From an uncultured bacterium (GTDB taxonomy: Bacteria; UBA8481), in contig CAZCME010000002.1 of NCBI GenBank assembly GCA_964499705.1, positions 372,001-436,000 of the forward strand: a DNA stretch of 64,000 nt, written 5' to 3'. Under the pieces are notes generated by a model. That model was not told the DNA's origin. It did not search any database and saw nothing but the letters and a program-made list of their open reading frames with translations. Of the stretch, positions 11,069 to 20,817 are shown piece after piece. The position numbers and the translations under genes are program-made. Numbering within the stretch: the stretch's first letter is position 1; every line of letters begins with the position of its first letter.

Positions 11069-12931
11069 TTATTTGCCTCCCAGGCGCGCCTGTCCCAGCA
11101 GTTCGAGCGCTTTTTCGTAGACTTCGCGGATCTTGATCGGAGTGCCGCGCGTGTAGTTCAACTGATCGATCGGGCGGCAGAAGGTTCCCTTGATGAGGAA
11201 CGCGAGCTGGCCCATGTTGATCTCGGGTATGAGCACCCTGTCGAATCCATCCATGACGGACTTGAGATTTTTAGGAAACGGATTCAGATACCGCAGGTGC
11301 GCGTGGGAAACGGAACGCCCCTCCGATCGCAATCTCTCCACGGCGCTCCGGATCGACCCGAAGGTGCTGCCCCATCCAAGGATCAGGAGCTTGCCTTCCT
11401 TGTCGCCGAAGATCTCCTGGTCGGGAATGAAATTCTGGAGGCGCTGGATTTTTTCCGCGCGGTTGATCACCATCTGCTGGTGATTGGCCGGATCGTAGCT
11501 GATGTTCCCGGTGATATCCTGTTTCTCGATGCCGCCGATCCGGTGCTCCAGGCCCGGCGTTCCGGGAATCGCCCAGGGGCGCGCCAGCGTCTCCGGATCG
11601 CGCTTGTACGGCTGGTATCCCTCCGGCGACGTCGGGTGCTCGATGTGGATCGGGGGAAACTGCACGTCGTCGGGAATGAGCCAGGGCTCGGAACCATTGC
11701 CGATGTAGCCGTCGGAGAGAATCATGACGGGCGCCATGGCATGCACCGCCATGCGGACGGCTTCGTATGCCGTGCCGAAGCAATCCGCGGGAGTCTGAGG
11801 CGCGATGATCGCGATGGGCGACTCGCCGTTGCGGCCGAACATCGCCTGCAGGAGATCGGCCTGCTCCGTCTTCGTCGGCAGTCCCGTCGACGGTCCTCCG
11901 CGCTGGATGTCGACGATGACGAGCGGAAGCTCCGTCATGATCGCGAGGTTGATCGCCTCGCTCTTGAGGCAGATGCCGGGCCCGCTCGTGCCCGTCACCG
12001 CGATGGCTCCGGCGAAAGAGGCTCCGATGGAGGCGCAGATCGCGGCGATCTCATCCTCGGCCTGGAAAGTGAAGACGTTGAAGTTCGTCAGTTTCGCCAG
12101 CTCATGGAGGATGTCGGAAGCGGGAGTGATGGGGTAGGAACCGTAGTAGAGCGGTTTTCCGGCCGATTGCGCGGCCGCGGTCAGTCCCAGGGCGATTCCT
12201 TCGTTGCCGCTCAACTGACGATAGACTCCGGGCGCCACCGGCGCCTTCGCGATGCGAAAGCGCTGGCCGACCATCTCCACGGTCTCGCCATAAGCATATC
12301 CCGCCATCAAGGCCGACTTGTTGGCCGCGACGACTTCCGGCAGCTTCGCGAACTTCTTCTCGATCCATTGAATGGTCGATTCGACCGGCCTGTCGTACAG
12401 CCAGAATGCGAGGCCGAGCGCGTAGAAGTTCTTGCATCGCTCCGCCTGCTTCTTCGGCAGCCCCGATGCCTCGACGGCTTTCATCGTCATGGAGGTGATC
12501 GGGACCTGGACGATCCTGTAGCTCTTCAGCGAACCGTCTTCGAGCGGATTCACGCTGTAGCCGGCCTTGTCGAAGTTCTGCTTCGTGAAGGCGTCGGCGT
12601 TGACGATGATGAGCGCGTTGATGTCGATCTCGGAAAGAGAATTCTTCAGCGCGGCGGGATTCATGGCAACGAGGCAGTCGGCTTCGTCGCCGGGTGTGTA
12701 GATGTCGTGATCGGCGAGCTGGATCTGGAAACCGCTGACGCCGGCCACGGTGCCGGCGGGCGCGCGAATCTCCGCGGGAAAGTCGGGAAACGTGCTGACA
12801 TCGTTGCCGAAGAGGGCGGATGTGGACGTGAACTGCATTCCGGTCAACTGCATGCCGTCGCCGGAGTCTCCGGCGAAACGAATCGTGACGGCGTCTTTAT
12901 CTATGACAGCGGGGGACCCAATAGGTGACAT
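11069..12931 (-). CDS. korA: 2-oxoacid:ferredoxin oxidoreductase alpha subunit (gamma-alpha fusion)
   Basis: FAGDSGDGMQLTG, YPITPAS, QAEDEIAA, TSGPG, QRGGPSTGLPT. Confidence 0.93.
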   Translation of the reverse strand: MSPIGSPAVIDKDAVTIRFAGDSGDGMQLTGMQFTSTSALFGNDVSTFPDFPAEIRAPAGTVAGVSGFQIQLADHDIYTPGDEADCLVAMNPAALKNSLSEIDINALIIVNADAFTKQNFDKAGYSVNPLEDGSLKSYRIVQVPITSMTMKAVEASGLPKKQAERCKNFYALGLAFWLYDRPVESTIQWIEKKFAKLPEVVAANKSALMAGYAYGETVEMVGQRFRIAKAPVAPGVYRQLSGNEGIALGLTAAAQSAGKPLYYGSYPITPASDILHELAKLTNFNVFTFQAEDEIAAICASIGASFAGAIAVTGTSGPGICLKSEAINLAIMTELPLVIVDIQRGGPSTGLPTKTEQADLLQAMFGRNGESPIAIIAPQTPADCFGTAYEAVRMAVHAMAPVMILSDGYIGNGSEPWLIPDDVQFPPIHIEHPTSPEGYQPYKRDPETLARPWAIPGTPGLEHRIGGIEKQDITGNISYDPANHQQMVINRAEKIQRLQNFIPDQEIFGDKEGKLLILGWGSTFGSIRSAVERLRSEGRSVSHAHLRYLNPFPKNLKSVMDGFDRVLIPEINMGQLAFLIKGTFCRPIDQLNYTRGTPIKIREVYEKALELLGQARLGGK

Positions 12932-12937
12932 TGAAAC

Positions 12938-13429
12938 TTATGCTCCTTCGGCTTCGTAATACTTCTGCCCCAGCTCCGGTGGCAGATTGTAGACTTCCGC
13001 GGGGAATAGCTCCGCGATGTGTCGGATCAGCGATCGCGACGAGATGACGCTGACTGGTTTTCCGTTCTCGACGACGGGGAGGTGCCTGTGGCAGCCCTCG
13101 TGCATCGTGCGGATCGCGGAGAGGATCGTGTCGTCCGGCGAGATCGTGTCGGGATCGGGCGTCATGACGTCTCCCACAGGGGTTGACGTGGATTTTCCCG
13201 CGCCGAGCACGCGCCGCAGAAGATCGCGCTCGGTGAAGATCCCCGCCAGGGCGAATTGCCCGGCGGACTGAGATCCTTCATCGATGACAAGCACGCATCC
13301 CGTCCTCTCAGCGGCCATCTTCGCGATGACATCCTCGATCGTGGCTTTTCGAGTGACGACCAAGGGCGCTCGAAACGGACCGAAATCCTTCACTTGCGCC
13401 TGGGTGACATACTCTTCGAATCGGCTCAT
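12938..13429 (-). CDS. Stand-alone CBS-pair protein
   Basis: GIFTERDLL, DVMTPDP and RHLPVV motifs. Start may be 13480. Confidence 0.88.
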   Translation of the reverse strand: MSRFEEYVTQAQVKDFGPFRAPLVVTRKATIEDVIAKMAAERTGCVLVIDEGSQSAGQFALAGIFTERDLLRRVLGAGKSTSTPVGDVMTPDPDTISPDDTILSAIRTMHEGCHRHLPVVENGKPVSVISSRSLIRHIAELFPAEVYNLPPELGQKYYEAEGA

Positions 13430-13510
13430 TTCTCTCTCCTGCCTGGCCCGGTCTGTCGGGCGGAAAATCGGATGTGGCATTTAACACAAGCGGGATGCCG
13501 CAACCAAAAA

Positions 13511-13539
13511 AGTTTATCGGTCTCCACGGGATGTTGCAA
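13511..13539 (-). promoter_or_regulatory. Sigma70-like promoter for the CBS-kor operon (TTGCAA-N17-TAAACT)
   Basis: Consensus-like hexamers with 17-nt spacing upstream of the operon. Confidence 0.5.
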
Positions 13540-13557
13540 GAGCGCGAGAAGGGATGA

Positions 13558-13728
13558 CAGAAGTTCCCTATCCGATGGAGGGAAATAAACAGGATGGGCA
13601 GGATTTGGGGTCGATAGAATCCGCCATCGAACGGAATGGGAAGAATGGCCGGTTTTGTTCAGTTCTGCGTGAATCGATCCTGCCTATCCTGTCCATCCTG
13701 TACAAATATTTTTGATGGGGAACTTCTG
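13558..13728. mobile_element. MITE/REPIN-like element, family A, copy 1
   Basis: Terminal IR CAGAAGTTCCCTATC / GATGGGGAACTTCTG. Inner IR ACAGGATGGGCAGGAT / ATCCTGCCTATCCTGTCCATCCTGT. Second copy at 39014-39227. Confidence 0.75.
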
Positions 13729-13742
13729 GAAAGATGATGCAT

Positions 13743-14855
13743 CTAGTTCGGATCCAGCGACGCGAAAGTGATGGAACGTGGAGGCAGATCAAGGGGAAGA
13801 GTTCTGGACCAGGGAGTCACTTCGCGATGGAGGACCGTTCCGTTGTCATGAATTGTAACCATTGGGAGAGTTTGCGTGATGGATGAATAGGGAAGCGGAA
13901 GCGAAGCGCGTTGCGCGGAAAGAGAGGAATTGGAGACTATAAAGCGGGTTCCGTCGGTGAAGCCGCGGAGGTCTGCCTGGGTGAAAATCAGTGCGGTGAC
14001 CGACGTGCCGAGACCGGTGATCGCCTCCGCGAGAATGACCTGCCGGCTATCCGAAAACGGAGCGATGAGGATCGTGTGACGGGATGGAATATCCGCGAGC
14101 ATCGTGATGATTTCGGAGAAAGGAGATTCGCTGCGGGCCGACACTCGCGAAAAATCAGCGTAAACGGTATCGGCCCGGTCAAGAGCAGTCCTGCAACGTT
14201 GCCATTCCTCCCGGCTTCCGGATATCGATATGCAAAGGTAAACGGGCGGCGGCGGATGAAGGCGCGTCGCAGCCAGGATCCATTCACGCGCGTCTAACCG
14301 TTCCGGTACGATGCCGGGCAGGATGAGCGGCTTCAAGCCCGCCGTGCCCGCGACCCTGCGGACTCGCATGGAGGCCTGTTCGAATTCTTCCCAGCCGCAG
14401 GGAGGAACGATGCCGCGCACGGCCCGGGACGCGTCGACATCGATGGTGATGAGCAAATCCCTCCGCTTGTCGACCGTAAGCAGATGTTGGTAGAGAGCGA
14501 GTTCGTCGAGTGCGGCGGCCTCGATGCGATCGTGAGCGCCGCGATAAATCTCCAGGGAGCATGCGCGAGTCTCGACCAGTTCGGCGGCGGCCATCCTGAT
14601 CTCCGTGATCTTCGCCAGCTCCCGCTCCGTCTCGTCAAGCAGCTCCCGGACGCGCGTGGAGCGCCGGTCTTCCCAGGCCCGGATCAGTTCGAGGCATAAG
14701 GAAGCCTGCCGGTCGGTGAGAATGCCCGCCGCTTTCCTTGCCTCGCAGAGCGCGACGACGGCCCGGTAGCGGTCGCTGACGGCCTGGGCTCGCGCGGGAG
14801 CATGCGCGCCGGTCAGGAGGACGATGAGCGCCTGCAATACGAGCCGCCGGATCAA
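13743..14855 (-). CDS. Hypothetical secreted protein (possible degenerate glycoside-hydrolase-like)
   Basis: TTG start overlapping the upstream TGA; signal-like IRRLVLQALIVLLTGAHAPARAQA; C-terminal LPPRSITF resembles GH beta-sandwich termini (weak). Confidence 0.55.
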   Translation of the reverse strand: MIRRLVLQALIVLLTGAHAPARAQAVSDRYRAVVALCEARKAAGILTDRQASLCLELIRAWEDRRSTRVRELLDETERELAKITEIRMAAAELVETRACSLEIYRGAHDRIEAAALDELALYQHLLTVDKRRDLLITIDVDASRAVRGIVPPCGWEEFEQASMRVRRVAGTAGLKPLILPGIVPERLDAREWILAATRLHPPPPVYLCISISGSREEWQRCRTALDRADTVYADFSRVSARSESPFSEIITMLADIPSRHTILIAPFSDSRQVILAEAITGLGTSVTALIFTQADLRGFTDGTRFIVSNSSLSAQRASLPLPYSSITQTLPMVTIHDNGTVLHREVTPWSRTLPLDLPPRSITFASLDPN

Positions 14856-16018
14856 AACGTCACCATGGAACTGGGATAGCTGGGATGAAAGAGAAACTTC
14901 TTCACGATCCCCCGCGTCATGTCGCGCTCGATGGTGCCGCCGCGCCGATGGAGAAGCAGATGGAGCTCCGCGACTTCCACGCCACGCTGGAGATCTTCGC
15001 CGTGGAGCGAATCGCGGTCGAGGGAGGCGGCGACGGCGCGCGCATAGAACTTGAGGGCGGCATACGCGGCGATGAGGAGGTGATAGCCGAATTCCACGTC
15101 GGGTGCCTGCAGGAGGAGCTTGTGACGGATATGCGATGTCAGGAGTTTTCGCACGGGCGTGAGGCGCGGATGATCCCGTTTCGGCCATCGGATCGTGGGA
15201 ATCCTGCGGAGGACGACATCAGCCCGGATCGTGGTCGATCGGAGCGAACCGGATCGGAAGAGAATCTGGAAGAACCGCCCGATGTTGGCGCGACGCTCCG
15301 CGAAAGTAAGCTTCTCTCCCCTCTCGCTCTCGATGGCCGTCACGAGTCCGGCCATGATGTAGCGATAGAGCCCGATCATCGGCCTCCTGCGCGCAATGGC
15401 GTCGAGGATCAGCTCCATCTGCTGATCGGCCGATCCCGGTTCCCGGCCCGCGGCGAACTGATCCAGCAGGACGAGTCCTCCGGCCACCGCGTCATCGAGC
15501 GGCCAGCGTTCATCCTCGATGAGCGCGCAGAGATGTTCCTCGAACCGCAGGTAATCGGGCCAGGCCAGCATCCGCGTTCCCGCGAGGGCGATCGGTTCCG
15601 TCCCGCGCATCTCCCGCGGTTCGATGCCCGCATCGCGAACATCCTTTTCGAGCCGTGCGCCTGTCGCTCCCTTCTCGGCATACACGGTCGGGCACATCCG
15701 CGAAAGATGCAACCATTCCTCCCCGCCGGCGCTCCGGAGAAAATAGGGAAAGTGTCGGCATGCCGCCGGCTTGGCGTCCGCTCCGTGTTCCTTGTGAACG
15801 CGGCAGCCGTCAGGATCGAGAAAGACACAGGCTCCGTCGGCACCGCGGGAAATCGGCCATCGGCCATCGGCGTCGGGCGGACCGGATAGCACGGGTTCGA
15901 TGGACGGATAGAGACGCCGCAATCGATCCGCTTCATCCGGAGCGACGCCGATCAGCCACGGCGAACGGCAGCAAAGGTTGCACCTCGCGCAGGAGAAGGC
16001 GGAGGTGGTCCCCCTAAT
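14852..16018 (-). CDS. YkgJ/FliB-like cysteine-cluster protein (long form)
   Basis: FSCARCNLCCR..W.I (upstream of the track start at 15922), CVFL....C.VH...G...KP..CRHFPY and LSRMCP. The only start-like codon upstream of the first motif is ATT at 16018. Confidence 0.75.
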   Translation of the reverse strand: MRGTTSAFSCARCNLCCRSPWLIGVAPDEADRLRRLYPSIEPVLSGPPDADGRWPISRGADGACVFLDPDGCRVHKEHGADAKPAACRHFPYFLRSAGGEEWLHLSRMCPTVYAEKGATGARLEKDVRDAGIEPREMRGTEPIALAGTRMLAWPDYLRFEEHLCALIEDERWPLDDAVAGGLVLLDQFAAGREPGSADQQMELILDAIARRRPMIGLYRYIMAGLVTAIESERGEKLTFAERRANIGRFFQILFRSGSLRSTTIRADVVLRRIPTIRWPKRDHPRLTPVRKLLTSHIRHKLLLQAPDVEFGYHLLIAAYAALKFYARAVAASLDRDSLHGEDLQRGVEVAELHLLLHRRGGTIERDMTRGIVKKFLFHPSYPSSMVTF

Positions 16019-16742
16019 TTACTTTTCCACCCTGATTTTTATATTCCGCAAGCGCGGCGGTCTTCAGCTTCTCGTAGAATTCCTTATTGGCGGCATGCAC
16101 GAGATCCTGGTACTCATCGCCCACTTTTTCGCTGGGGCCGGAAATATAGAGCCCCTTCGTTCCATCCCGGAGCACCCAGGAATACAGCTTCACGGCTCCG
16201 CCGTTCAACTCGAAGAACTCGACGAAAGCCTTCAATTTGTCGCCGGGCTTGTTCACCAGCTTCAGTTTCACGGCGGTGACTTCCAGCCCCTCGCCGGTCG
16301 CCGCGGGCTTGTTGCTCTCGAGCTGCGCGGCGAGCTGAGCGCCCGCCTCTTTCTGGATGTACACATGGTCCCAGAATTTTCCGTCCGCCGAACGGCGCTC
16401 GGGCAGTCCCAGGAATTTCCCGTACTGGCCCGACTTCACTTCCGCCTGATGAATTACGATGGAGTTATTCAACGTGATCGCGAACTGTTTTCCTTCCGGA
16501 GTGATGCGGGTCAGAGCGAGGCTTCCGGCCGCAGCGGGCGCGGATGCTTCCTCGGATGAGACGGCGGTATCGGAGGACTCCGTCGCAGGTTCTTCCGCCT
16601 TCGCTGATTCCTCCGCGGCGACAGGCGCCGCCGTTTCCGGTTCCGTTGTTTCGAGCGGTTGGGTCGATTTCTTTTTTCCGCATCCCGCGAGCAGAAGGGA
16701 CGCTATGACGCATACGGACAGGGTCGTTGTAAATCGCTTCAT
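16014..16742 (-). CDS. Lipoprotein with two tandem SpoVG-like domains
   Basis: GGAGGA SD; lipobox LLAG-C21; acidic Ala/Glu/Ser linker; two repeats resembling SpoVG (ITLNNSIVIH...GKFLGLPERRSADGKFWD; LEVTAVKL...GTKGLYISGPS...EYQDLVH...ALAEY). Confidence 0.75.
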   Translation of the reverse strand: MKRFTTTLSVCVIASLLLAGCGKKKSTQPLETTEPETAAPVAAEESAKAEEPATESSDTAVSSEEASAPAAAGSLALTRITPEGKQFAITLNNSIVIHQAEVKSGQYGKFLGLPERRSADGKFWDHVYIQKEAGAQLAAQLESNKPAATGEGLEVTAVKLKLVNKPGDKLKAFVEFFELNGGAVKLYSWVLRDGTKGLYISGPSEKVGDEYQDLVHAANKEFYEKLKTAALAEYKNQGGKVN

Positions 16743-16769
16743 CTGATAAATCCTCCACTGAATTTCAAT

Positions 16770-17267
16770 TCAAAATCGCGCGAATCGACGCAGCACTTCC
16801 AGAGTTCCGCGGGCGTAGATTCCCGCGGCGATATCGTCCGCCATGATTCCCCACCCGCCGGGAAGTTTTTCGAGATCGCGGCAGGGAGGAGGCTTCACTA
16901 TATCAAAGAGCCGGAAGAGAAGAAAGGCGGAGAGAAGACCTCGGGCGGTGAGACCGATTCCCGCGGCGGAGATGATCATGCCCGCGACCTCGTCGATGAC
17001 GACGAATCCGGGATCGGTTCGACCAAGCTTTCTCGCGGCGACGCCGGCGGACTTGACTCCGAGCGCGGCGATAACGGCGGCCAGGGCCAGACCCGCCGGA
17101 GCGGATGCTGCCGCGAGAGCGGCCAGGGGCAGTGCGGCGAGGCTTCCCGCGGTACCCGGCGCGAAGGGGGAACGGCCGGCGCCGAAGAAGGAGGCGAAGA
17201 GAAGATGAAGCTGCTCCGACTTTTCGGACCCTGTCGCGCGCTCCGTCAAGCCGGCTGCTTCTGCCAT
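16770..17267 (-). CDS. pgpA: Phosphatidylglycerophosphatase A
   Basis: GRSPFAPGTAGS, DPGFVVIDEVAG, FRLFDIVKP, GGWGIMADD; follows pgsA. Confidence 0.93.
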   Translation of the reverse strand: MAEAAGLTERATGSEKSEQLHLLFASFFGAGRSPFAPGTAGSLAALPLAALAAASAPAGLALAAVIAALGVKSAGVAARKLGRTDPGFVVIDEVAGMIISAAGIGLTARGLLSAFLLFRLFDIVKPPPCRDLEKLPGGWGIMADDIAAGIYARGTLEVLRRFARF

Positions 17268-17869
17268 TCCGCTTTCGCGTAGGCCATGCCGGAAACGAGC
17301 GTCAGGATGAGCGTGATCCAGGCGAGGGAGTAACCGACACCGTAGATGATGTCGCCGTACACGGTGGAGCGGATCGCGAGTTCCCACTCGCGGCCGATGT
17401 CCCCGGAGAAGATCGACGCGAAGACGAGAGCATACGGAATCACCGTCATCTGGAAACCGGTCTTCCACTTGCCGAGCCGATCCGCGGCCAGCACTCTCCC
17501 CTTCGCCAGCATCGCGAATCTCCAGGACGTGATCGCGACCTCGCGGATGATGATGATGACGGTCATCCAGACGGGCACAATATCGGGCTGAAGAAGGGAG
17601 ACGGAGACGAGGCCGACGGATGTCAGGATCTTGTCCGCGACGGGATCCGCGATGACGCCGAAGTTCGTCTTCTCCTTGTTGATCCGGGCGAGGCGCCCGT
17701 CGTAATAATCGGTGAAGGCGGCGACGGTGAAGATGAGGAGCGCGAAGACGCGGATTAACTGATCGTCCTGGATGATCATCGGGATGAAGGCGATGGACGC
17801 GATGCCGCGGAGGATCGTCATCTTGTTGGAGAAGGTCATCTTCGCGGGAGTCATCGTCACGGCATTCAC
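17246..17869 (-). CDS. pgsA: CDP-diacylglycerol--glycerol-3-phosphate 3-phosphatidyltransferase
   Basis: TDYYDGRLAR...TNFG..ADPVADK CDP-alcohol phosphatidyltransferase motif; GKWKT..QM. Confidence 0.93.
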   Translation of the reverse strand: MNAVTMTPAKMTFSNKMTILRGIASIAFIPMIIQDDQLIRVFALLIFTVAAFTDYYDGRLARINKEKTNFGVIADPVADKILTSVGLVSVSLLQPDIVPVWMTVIIIIREVAITSWRFAMLAKGRVLAADRLGKWKTGFQMTVIPYALVFASIFSGDIGREWELAIRSTVYGDIIYGVGYSLAWITLILTLVSGMAYAKAEWQKQPA

Positions 17870-19206
17870 GCGGCTTCCGCATACAGGTCGTGCGCGTCGG
17901 AACCCTTGATGTTCGCGCGCAGAAGTTGTCCGGGCGAGAGTAGAATGGATTCGGGAAAATGGACGACGCCGTCCACGTCGGGAGCTTCCAGGCCGGTTCT
18001 GCCTTCCCGAGGCGTGTCCATCAGGACATCGTAGGCGCGCCCCACGCGCGCGGCGAGCCGTTTCGCGGAAATGAGGCTCTGCACTTCCATCACCTCCCGC
18101 GCCCGTTCTTCCGCATGGAGCGGACGCTTCATGGAAGCGGCGGCGGTGCCGGGCTCGGGGGAGAATGGGAAAACGCCCAGCCTGTCGAACTCGGTCTTAC
18201 GAATGAAGGAGAGGAGCTTGTGGAATTCCTTCACGGTTTCGCCGGGATGGCCGGCGATGACCGTCGTGCGTATCGCGGATTCGGCAAAGCGGGTCCGGAT
18301 CCTGTCGACGAGCCTGGAGATCGCATCCACATTCGGAGGGCGGCGCATGGCCTTCAGGACGACGGGAGACGCGTGCTGAATGGGAATATCGAAATAGGGA
18401 ACGGCGTGAGGAGAATCCGCGACGGCTTCGATCAGGTCGTCGGTGACCTGCGAAGGGTAGAGATAATGGATGCGCAGCCGGAAGGTCGCATCGATCCGGT
18501 CGATGCGGCGGATGAGTTCCGCCAGCGTCGAACGAATGTCGCCGCCGTAACTGGCGGTATCCTGGGAGACGAGAACGATCTCGCGGACGCCGCATTGCGT
18601 CAGCGCATCGATCTCGTCGATGACAAGCGCGGGATCGCGGGAGACGAACTTGCCGCGGATGGATGGAATCGTGCAAAAGGAGCAGGTCTTGTCGCACCCT
18701 TCCGCGATCTTGACGAAGGCCGTGCCGGACGAGTTTGTCAGGAGGCGCGGTCCGGCGACCATGGACCGCGCGGGCGGGCGGAAATGGGCTTCCTCCTGGC
18801 CGGTCACGATGGCGACGGTCCTGTCGATATCGCCGGGGCCGATGAAATAGTCGATATCTCCGCGCAATTTTTCGGTGAGCTGGCCTTCCAGAAGTTTCGA
18901 GAAGCAACCCGCGACCGCGACGCGCCGCACGCGGCCCCGTCGCTTCAGGTCCGCCGCTCCTTCAATGGCGCGGATCGACTCCGCGCGCGCGGGCCCGATG
19001 AACGAGCACGTGTTCACCACAAGGAGTCCCAGCCTGTTCCGGCCGCCCCGGCCTGCCGCGTCGGCTCCGACGATGCGGAATCCTCCGGCGTCGAGCTCGC
19101 CGAGAATCCGCTCACCGTCGACGGTGTTCTTGTCGCACCCGAGCTGGATCATGGCCACCGATGCGTCTCGACGCGTGGCGTCTTGACGTGGAGAACTTCT
19201 CGCCAT
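17866..19206 (-). CDS. rimO: Ribosomal protein S12 methylthiotransferase
   Basis: LGCDKNTVDGE, NTCSFI..A..ESI, KIAEGCDKTCSFCTIP, YLYP, EAPDVDG. Confidence 0.93.
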   Translation of the reverse strand: MARSSPRQDATRRDASVAMIQLGCDKNTVDGERILGELDAGGFRIVGADAAGRGGRNRLGLLVVNTCSFIGPARAESIRAIEGAADLKRRGRVRRVAVAGCFSKLLEGQLTEKLRGDIDYFIGPGDIDRTVAIVTGQEEAHFRPPARSMVAGPRLLTNSSGTAFVKIAEGCDKTCSFCTIPSIRGKFVSRDPALVIDEIDALTQCGVREIVLVSQDTASYGGDIRSTLAELIRRIDRIDATFRLRIHYLYPSQVTDDLIEAVADSPHAVPYFDIPIQHASPVVLKAMRRPPNVDAISRLVDRIRTRFAESAIRTTVIAGHPGETVKEFHKLLSFIRKTEFDRLGVFPFSPEPGTAAASMKRPLHAEERAREVMEVQSLISAKRLAARVGRAYDVLMDTPREGRTGLEAPDVDGVVHFPESILLSPGQLLRANIKGSDAHDLYAEAA

Positions 19207-19698
19207 CTACCTGTAGTTCGTGAATTGAAGTTCGATGCCGAAATCACCGGTCTTCAAGTTCTGGATGGCTTTCTGGAGCTCGTCCTTGGATTTCGCCGTG
19301 ACGCGCACCTGGTCGGCCTGGATGGCGGCGTTCACCTTCAGTTTCTTCTCCTTCAGGAACTTCGTGACTTCCTTGCACTTGTCGCTGGGGATGCCGGAGG
19401 TGATCGTCAGGAGCTGCCTGACTGTGCCGCCGAGCGCGGCCTCCTGCTTGGAATACTGGATGTTCTTCAACGGAACCGCGCGCTTGACGAACTTTCCCTG
19501 GAGAATATCGATCACGGACTTCATCTTGAATTCATCTTCCGTCGTGATCGTGATCTTCTCCCGCTCGCGTATGATCTCCACGCGCGACCCCTTGAAGTCG
19601 TAGCGCGCGGCGATTTCCTTGCGGACCTGCCCGAGAGCGTTCTCCACTTCCTGAAAATCGACCTGCGATACGACATCGAATGAATATTCATCCGCCAT
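19207..19698 (-). CDS. yajQ: YajQ family nucleotide/c-di-GMP-binding protein
   Basis: SFDVVS, RYDFKGS, QVRVT..KDELQ, LQFTNYR. Confidence 0.95.
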   Translation of the reverse strand: MADEYSFDVVSQVDFQEVENALGQVRKEIAARYDFKGSRVEIIREREKITITTEDEFKMKSVIDILQGKFVKRAVPLKNIQYSKQEAALGGTVRQLLTITSGIPSDKCKEVTKFLKEKKLKVNAAIQADQVRVTAKSKDELQKAIQNLKTGDFGIELQFTNYR

Positions 19699-19728
19699 GG
19701 GTTGTCTCCTCCCCTGTTGAGTTGGTTG

Positions 19729-20817
19729 TCAGCGTTCGACGATGATTATACGCGCTTCCACGATCCGTTCCAGCGCCGGTCTTGCCTCCATGGCGTCGGC
19801 CTGCGTCCTGTATCGACCCGCGAAGACGACGGTCAGGTCGCCCCTGGAGACCACTTCGGACGGATAGCCCCTGCCCGCAAGCTCGCGCGCCATGTTCTCG
19901 GCCGATGCCTTGATGCGGAAGGCTCCGACCTGGAACGCGAATCGCTCTCTTTCCATCGCCGGCGGAGGACCGGATCCGGCCGTCGGACCCGGTAGATTCG
20001 CCTGCCTCGTAGTTGACGGGCGATCCGGCGGCCGGACCGGCGCTGCGGGAGGAACAGGAGAAGGCGTCGGCATCGCAGTCGCGGACGGAAGCGGCGGAGC
20101 GGACGCGTATTCCTCCGACTGGTATTCCGGATATTCCTCCCGGACTCGGGCTCGATATTTCTCCGCTTCCGCGGGAGCATCCTTCATCATCAGCTCGGCC
20201 AGGCGCGACAGCAGCCATGGTTCCTCATCGAAGGCGCGATGCTGGAGCGTGACGGCCTTGTAGATCTCGACGGCGAGCCTCCGCTCGCCGAGCGCCTCAT
20301 TGGAGAGCGCGATGCCGATGCGGGCGGAAACCTGGAACGCGCCTTCGAGGTAATCGACGAGATAATCCGCGAAGGCATTGCGCGCGTCCGCGTATCGTCC
20401 CGCCTGGTGGAGAGCGACACCTCTCAGGTAGGAGGCGCGCTCGGAGAGAGCGCCCATCTTCGTGGCCGCGGCCTCGCGAAGGTGATCGTGAGCCTCGGCT
20501 CCGTTGCCCTGGACGATCATCAATTCACCGAGAGCGAGAAGGGCCGAAACCCGTCGCGAAGAAGACTGGATCGCGGCGCGCCCAAGCTCCATCGCGGCGG
20601 CGGCGGGATCGGTATCCGAGCGGCCGAGCTCATACCGCACGAGCGCGGCCGGTTCACCGCTGTAGGTGGAGACCGCCTTCCGCAGGAGCGCGATCGCCTC
20701 CTCGATCTTTCCCTCGTCGACCAGTTCCGCGGCACGCGCGATTTCCGTGGATTGCGCGTGAGCCGCCGCCGGGATGACGATCAGCGCCGCGAGCACCATG
20801 TAGAATCTAGATCTCAA
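19729..20817 (-). CDS. Secreted TPR + SPOR domain protein
   Basis: Signal peptide, helical TPR-like repeats, Pro-rich linker, C-terminal FQVGAF...A..L..RGY SPOR motif. Confidence 0.8.
   Translation of the reverse strand: MRSRFYMVLAALIVIPAAAHAQSTEIARAAELVDEGKIEEAIALLRKAVSTYSGEPAALVRYELGRSDTDPAAAAMELGRAAIQSSSRRVSALLALGELMIVQGNGAEAHDHLREAAATKMGALSERASYLRGVALHQAGRYADARNAFADYLVDYLEGAFQVSARIGIALSNEALGERRLAVEIYKAVTLQHRAFDEEPWLLSRLAELMMKDAPAEAEKYRARVREEYPEYQSEEYASAPPLPSATAMPTPSPVPPAAPVRPPDRPSTTRQANLPGPTAGSGPPPAMERERFAFQVGAFRIKASAENMARELAGRGYPSEVVSRGDLTVVFAGRYRTQADAMEARPALERIVEARIIIVER

Noticed and set aside
13558-13728. Repeats considered as a CRISPR array or integron attC sites
   Set aside because: No tandem repeat-spacer periodicity, no cas or integrase gene, and copies are 25 kb apart.
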